51,266 bases of DNA, taken from NCBI GenBank assembly GCA_964408645.1, contig CAYPAG010000002.1, forward strand, positions 1 through 51,266, in the 5' to 3' direction. The notes below the pieces were generated by a model. The model was not told the DNA's origin. It ran no database searches and was given only the letters and a program-made list of their open reading frames with translations. Source of the DNA: an uncultured Pelolinea sp. Its GTDB lineage: Bacteria > Chloroflexota > Anaerolineae > Anaerolineales > Anaerolineaceae. A program made the translations under genes and the position numbers. Shown here in pieces: positions 47,008-51,266 of the stretch (its first letter is position 1; every line of letters starts with the position of its first letter).

Positions 47008-48567
47008 ATGACTGAAAACACCAATCATTCAACGAGTGAACGTCTGAACAACCTGCGGCAAACCGCGCTGATGGGCGGCGGTGAGAGCCGTCTGCAGGCG
47101 CAGCGCGAGAAAGGCAAGCTGACCGCGCGCGAGCGCATCGAAAAGCTGCTTGACCCTGATTCATTCAATGAAGTGGACATGTTCCGCGCCAACCGTGCGG
47201 CGCGCCCCGGAGAAGATTCGTCTCATGCCATGACGGACGGTGTGGTGACCGGCTGGGGGCGCATCGAAGGGCGGCTGGTTTACCTCTACTCGCAGGATTT
47301 TTCCGTGATGGGCGGTTCGCTGGGGGAAGAGCATGGGCTCAAGATCGCCAAGATCATGGACATGGCCATGGAATCCGGCGCGCCGTTGATCGGGTTGAAC
47401 GATTCGGGCGGCGCACGAATTCAGGAAGGCGTCAATTCATTGGCCGCCTGCGGTGAGATCTTCATGCGCAACACGCGCGCCTCGGGCATCATCCCGCAGA
47501 TCACAGCCATACTCGGCCCATGCGCCGGCGCGGCAGTCTATTCGCCTGCGCTGACCGATTTCATTTTTATGGTCAAGCGTACAGCCAACATGTTCATCAC
47601 CGGGCCGGACGTAGTGCGCGCGGTAACCCACGAAGATGTGGATTTCGATACGCTTGGCGGCGCGGGTGTTCATTTAGCCAAGAGCGGCGTGGCGCATTTC
47701 ACTGATGATGATGAAGCAGGGCTGCTCGACAAGATCCGCTGGCTGCTGGCTTACCTGCCGTCCAACAACCTGACCCCTCCGCCCTACCTTGAACCTGTGG
47801 ATGATCCGAGGCGTTCCTGCGAAACGCTCGCGGACCTTGTTCCGGTGGATCCGCAGAAACCTTATGATGTCCGCGAGGTGCTGCATGAGCTGGCAGACGA
47901 TGGCGACTTCATGGAAGTTCAGGAAGATTACGCCCAGAATTTAGTGATCGGTTTGATGCGATTGAATGGCTTTCCGGTGGGTGTTGTGGCCAATCAACCC
48001 ATGGTGCTGGCTGGCGTCTTGGATATCAACTCGTCCGATAAAGGCGCGCGCTTCATCCGGTTCTGCGACGCATTCCATATCCCGCTGGTCACGCTGGTGG
48101 ATACGCCCGGATTCCTGCCCGGGGTGGATCAGGAACACAACGGCGTCATTCGCCATGGAGCGAAGATGATCTTCGCATATGCTGAAGCCACCGTGCCCAA
48201 GGTGTCCGTGATTCTGCGCAAAGCCTATGGCGGCGCTTATATCGTGATGAGTTCCAAGCACCTGGGGGGTGATCTTAATTTCGCCTGGCCGGGAACCGAG
48301 GTGGCGGTGATGGGGCCGGAAGGCGCGGTGAACATCATCTACCGGCGCGAAATCGCCGAAGCGGATGACGCGGACAAAGCGCGCGCAGAGCTGGCTGCCC
48401 GCTATCGTGAAGAGACAGCCAATCCCTATATTGCCGCAGCGCGTGGATATTTGGATGATGTCATCCAACCCTCGGAAACACGCCGTAAATTGATTGAAGC
48501 GCTGGAGGCGCTGCGCGACAAGCGCAAACCCACGCCACCGCGCAAGCATGGGAACATACCATTATAG
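47008..48567 (+). CDS. Acyl-CoA carboxylase carboxyltransferase (single-chain beta, AccB/PccB type)
   Basis: GKLTARERI, GGSLG, DSGGARIQEG, GPCAGAAVYSP, DTPGFLPG, RKAYGGAYIVM and RKHGNIPL motifs. Confidence 0.95.
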   Translation: MTENTNHSTSERLNNLRQTALMGGGESRLQAQREKGKLTARERIEKLLDPDSFNEVDMFRANRAARPGEDSSHAMTDGVVTGWGRIEGRLVYLYSQDFSVMGGSLGEEHGLKIAKIMDMAMESGAPLIGLNDSGGARIQEGVNSLAACGEIFMRNTRASGIIPQITAILGPCAGAAVYSPALTDFIFMVKRTANMFITGPDVVRAVTHEDVDFDTLGGAGVHLAKSGVAHFTDDDEAGLLDKIRWLLAYLPSNNLTPPPYLEPVDDPRRSCETLADLVPVDPQKPYDVREVLHELADDGDFMEVQEDYAQNLVIGLMRLNGFPVGVVANQPMVLAGVLDINSSDKGARFIRFCDAFHIPLVTLVDTPGFLPGVDQEHNGVIRHGAKMIFAYAEATVPKVSVILRKAYGGAYIVMSSKHLGGDLNFAWPGTEVAVMGPEGAVNIIYRREIAEADDADKARAELAARYREETANPYIAAARGYLDDVIQPSETRRKLIEALEALRDKRKPTPPRKHGNIPL

Positions 48568-48578
48568 AAAGGACAACC

Positions 48579-50069
48579 ATGAAGATACTCATTGCCAACC
48601 GTGGAGAGATCGCTGTGCGCATTATCCGCGCCTGCCGCGACCTGGGTTATGCCAGCGTGGCCATCTATTCCGACCGCGACCGTGAAGCGCTGCATACACG
48701 CTACGCGGATGAAGCGGTCTATGTCGGCCCAACCCCTGCCGCTCAGTCCTATCTCAATATTGATGCCGTGATGGCTGCCGCACGGAAAACCGGGGCTGAC
48801 GCCATTCACCCAGGCTATGGGTTCCTGTCGGAAAACGCGCAGTTCGCAGAGAGAGTGGAACAGGCCGGGATCATTTTCATCGGACCTGATCCGAAGGCCA
48901 TATCATTAACCGGCGATAAACTGGCTGCCCGACGCATTGCCGCGGATGCCGGCGTTCCGGTGCTGCCGGGCTGTGAATTTAGACTGACTGATACCCAAAT
49001 TCCCGAGTCAATTAGGCGTGAGATTGGTTATCCGGTGTTGGTCAAAGCTGTTTCCGGCGGCGGCGGGCGTGGCATCCGTCTGGCGCGTAGCGATGAGGAA
49101 CTGGCGCAGACGGTCAAAGCTGCCAGCCAGGAAGCCAAGCTGGCATTCGGCGATGACCAGGTGTATATCGAGAAGTTCATCCGCCCGGCGCGGCACATTG
49201 AGGTGCAGATCCTGGGCGATGGGCAGGGGAATGTGTTGGTGATCGGCGAACGGGAATGCTCCATTCAAAGACGCCATCAAAAAATCATCGAGGAATCACC
49301 CGCGCCTGGGCTGGACAAGCAGGTGCGAGCGCGGCTTTATGAATCCGCCCGGCAGGTTGCACTGGCGCTCAATTACCGCAGCCTGGGAACAGTGGAATTC
49401 CTCCTGGATTCTGACCAGAACTTTTACTTTATTGAGGTGAATCCGCGCATCCAGGTGGAGCACCCGGTGACTGAAATGGTGACCGGCATCGACCTGGTGA
49501 ACGCGCAGATCCTGCTGGCAGCCAGCGGGTGTCTGACCCTGCAGCAGGAGCAGGTGAAAATGCGCGGCACAGCCATTGAGGCGCGTATCATTGCCGAAGA
49601 CCCCGACCAGTCCTTCATGCCCACTTCGGGCCAGGTCGGCTATCTGCGCATCCCCAGCGGGTCGGGCATTCGTGTGGACTCTGCTCTCTACCAGGGCATG
49701 TGGATCTCCACAGATTATGATTCGCTCATCGCCAAGCTGATCGTGTGGGGCGAGGACCGCGCCACTGCCATCCGCCGCATGATTGGCGCGCTGGATGATT
49801 TCAACATCGCCGGGCTGACCACCGATCTCGGTTATCTGCGTGATATCGTGCGCAGCGAGGAGTACCTTTCCGGGCAGGTGGACACGATGTATTTGGAATC
49901 ATTCCACTCAATCGAGCCGGTGGACGCGGAGAAGCTGGCGCGTGAAGCCGCCCTGGCTGCCGCGTTCTACATCCATAAGCGGATCAAGCAAAAAGTGACT
50001 CAGGTCAATGCCGACGTTAACCACTGGCGGACCGCGGCCTGGCGTGAGCAAATGGTTGGATTCTTTTGA
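48579..50069 (+). CDS. accC: Biotin carboxylase subunit
   Basis: ILIANRGEIA, HPGYGFLSEN, GGGGRG, RECSIQRRHQK, EVNPRIQVEH and YDSLIAKL motifs. Confidence 0.95.
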   Translation: MKILIANRGEIAVRIIRACRDLGYASVAIYSDRDREALHTRYADEAVYVGPTPAAQSYLNIDAVMAAARKTGADAIHPGYGFLSENAQFAERVEQAGIIFIGPDPKAISLTGDKLAARRIAADAGVPVLPGCEFRLTDTQIPESIRREIGYPVLVKAVSGGGGRGIRLARSDEELAQTVKAASQEAKLAFGDDQVYIEKFIRPARHIEVQILGDGQGNVLVIGERECSIQRRHQKIIEESPAPGLDKQVRARLYESARQVALALNYRSLGTVEFLLDSDQNFYFIEVNPRIQVEHPVTEMVTGIDLVNAQILLAASGCLTLQQEQVKMRGTAIEARIIAEDPDQSFMPTSGQVGYLRIPSGSGIRVDSALYQGMWISTDYDSLIAKLIVWGEDRATAIRRMIGALDDFNIAGLTTDLGYLRDIVRSEEYLSGQVDTMYLESFHSIEPVDAEKLAREAALAAAFYIHKRIKQKVTQVNADVNHWRTAAWREQMVGFF

Positions 50070-50071
50070 CC

Positions 50072-50584
50072 ATGGAGAAATACCGCGTTCAAATCGAAGG
50101 AAATGAATACCTGGTTGAGATCGAGGGCGACCGGGTGTGGTTCGACGGCAAGGAAGTTTATGCAGGCATTCACTTCCTGAATAACGACGGCTTGTTCATG
50201 ATCGAGCGTGATGAGGGCAAACGCGAGTTCCACATCAAGCCGCGCGAGGAGGATGTCTACCAGGTCACCACCCGCGGGCTGCAGACGGATGTGGTGGTGG
50301 AGCCGGAAAAGCAGCGCCGCAGGAAAACCGAGCAGAAAAAGGATACAGGTTTGATCAGCGCGCCCATCCCGGGTGTGGTGATGGATATAAAAACCGCTGA
50401 GGGGGATCAGGTGGATGCCAATCAGGTGCTGGTGGTGCTGGAATCGATGAAGATGCTGATGGAATTCCGCGCGCCTTTTGCCGGGCAGGTGGATAAGATC
50501 TATGTCACTCGTGGGCAAAGCGTGGAAAAAGGGAGTGATATGGTCCGACTGCGGGAAGACGCGGGGTCACAACCTGTGAAATAA
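50072..50584 (+). CDS. Biotin carboxyl carrier protein with an N-terminal BT-like domain
   Basis: APIPGVV...LESMKM biotinylation motif; ATG 50072 follows the accC stop by 2 nt. Confidence 0.92.
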   Translation: MEKYRVQIEGNEYLVEIEGDRVWFDGKEVYAGIHFLNNDGLFMIERDEGKREFHIKPREEDVYQVTTRGLQTDVVVEPEKQRRRKTEQKKDTGLISAPIPGVVMDIKTAEGDQVDANQVLVVLESMKMLMEFRAPFAGQVDKIYVTRGQSVEKGSDMVRLREDAGSQPVK

Positions 50585-50626
50585 GTTAAATCACTTTCCG
50601 CAGGGGAGTGATAAAATCCGCCCATC

Positions 50627-51055
50627 ATGAAAATCTACTTCTCATGCTCCATTACTGGCGGCCGGCAAGACCAGGCGATTTATGCTGAAATTGTGGAACA
50701 CTTGCTGGCTCAGGGATATGAGGTGCCGACGGCGCATCTTTCAAGCGCGGGAATTCTGGATGAAGAATCCGTGATCCAGACTGAGGAGGTCTATCGGCGC
50801 GACACCCGCTGGGTGGAGGAGTGCGACGCGCTGATTGCCGAGGTCAGCACACCTTCACATGGGGTTGGTTATGAGATTGCGTTGGCATTGATCCTGGGTA
50901 AACCTGTGCTGTGCTGCTATCAACGCGGCCGAAAAGTATCCAAAATGATCCTGGGGAACACTCAGGAAAAACTTCGGCTCAAGGAATACGGCGATTCCAG
51001 AGACCTTGTTTTTTCCATCAATGCGTTCTTGGCTGATTATCTGAATCCACGATAA
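50627..51055 (+). CDS. Nucleoside 2-deoxyribosyltransferase family (DNPH1/Rcl-like dNMP N-glycosidase)
   Basis: MKIYFSCSITGGR, YRRD...CD.LIAEVSTPSHGVGYE and S.MI.G motifs. Confidence 0.87.
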   Translation: MKIYFSCSITGGRQDQAIYAEIVEHLLAQGYEVPTAHLSSAGILDEESVIQTEEVYRRDTRWVEECDALIAEVSTPSHGVGYEIALALILGKPVLCCYQRGRKVSKMILGNTQEKLRLKEYGDSRDLVFSINAFLADYLNPR

Positions 51056-51078
51056 ATGTCATAATCTCATTATGACAT
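51056..51078. repeat. Perfect 10-3-10 palindrome
   Basis: ATGTCATAAT-CTC-ATTATGACAT, starting immediately after the stop codon at 51055. Confidence 0.8.
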
Positions 51079-51266
51079 CCAATCTAACTAAAAAAGGAAA
51101 AGCCGATTATCATAGAATCGGTGACAAATGGGTTTTGCAAAACACTCATCATTGTCTCCTCCTTTGGCGAGCACCCGCTGGTAAATTCCTCAACTCCAGC
51201 GGGAGCTTAATTTAACCTCAAGTAAGAATTCTATTAAACCCGGAAAATTAACCTTGCGGTCTGTTT

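Noticed and set aside
48579-50584. Frameshifted pccA pseudogene
   Set aside because: Both ORFs are complete, with a clean stop and restart. Separate BC and BT-BCCP genes are a common natural arrangement.
50609-51055. DNPH1-like gene as part of the lipid cluster or of a defence system
   Set aside because: It has its own extended -10 (TGATAAAAT, 50609-50617), no partner genes in the window, and no functional link to the synthase.

Overview
This 51-kb window looks like ordinary bacterial chromosome. The gene set (vWA-FHA protein next to a PP2C phosphatase, SCO1664/DUF3090 pair, very long SecA, V/A-type ATPase) suggests an anaerobic Chloroflexota/Anaerolineae-like organism; this is inference and no search was run. 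The left two-thirds is housekeeping: cysK-cysE, pspC-like, SIMPL lipoprotein, frr-uppS-cdsA, two M16 peptidases with acpS, rpsA, secA, lpdA, a nine-gene V/A-type ATP synthase operon, a folK-folP fusion, hom, murI, rplS and uvrC. The right third (34897-50584) is the most unusual part. It is a stripped-down Pfa/Hgl-type iterative type I fatty-acid/polyketide synthase cluster with a single KS, three ACPs, split KR, PKS-type DH, stand-alone AT, one FabA-type DH pair, PfaD-type ER and an Sfp PPTase. It has no KS-CLF subunit and no thioesterase or thioester reductase, and it is followed directly by a three-gene acyl-CoA carboxylase. It may be a minimal anaerobic type I fatty-acid synthase. Features not in the ORF track include a Cys-rich leader peptide with attenuator structure (MNSTCICCWRN) upstream of cysK, a candidate ~50-nt hairpin sRNA with a CCCCCCU loop and its own promoter, a LexA-like box in the promoter of a small hypothetical gene, several probably leaderless genes, and a structured region at the right end. 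No rRNA, tRNA, CRISPR array or mobile element was seen.
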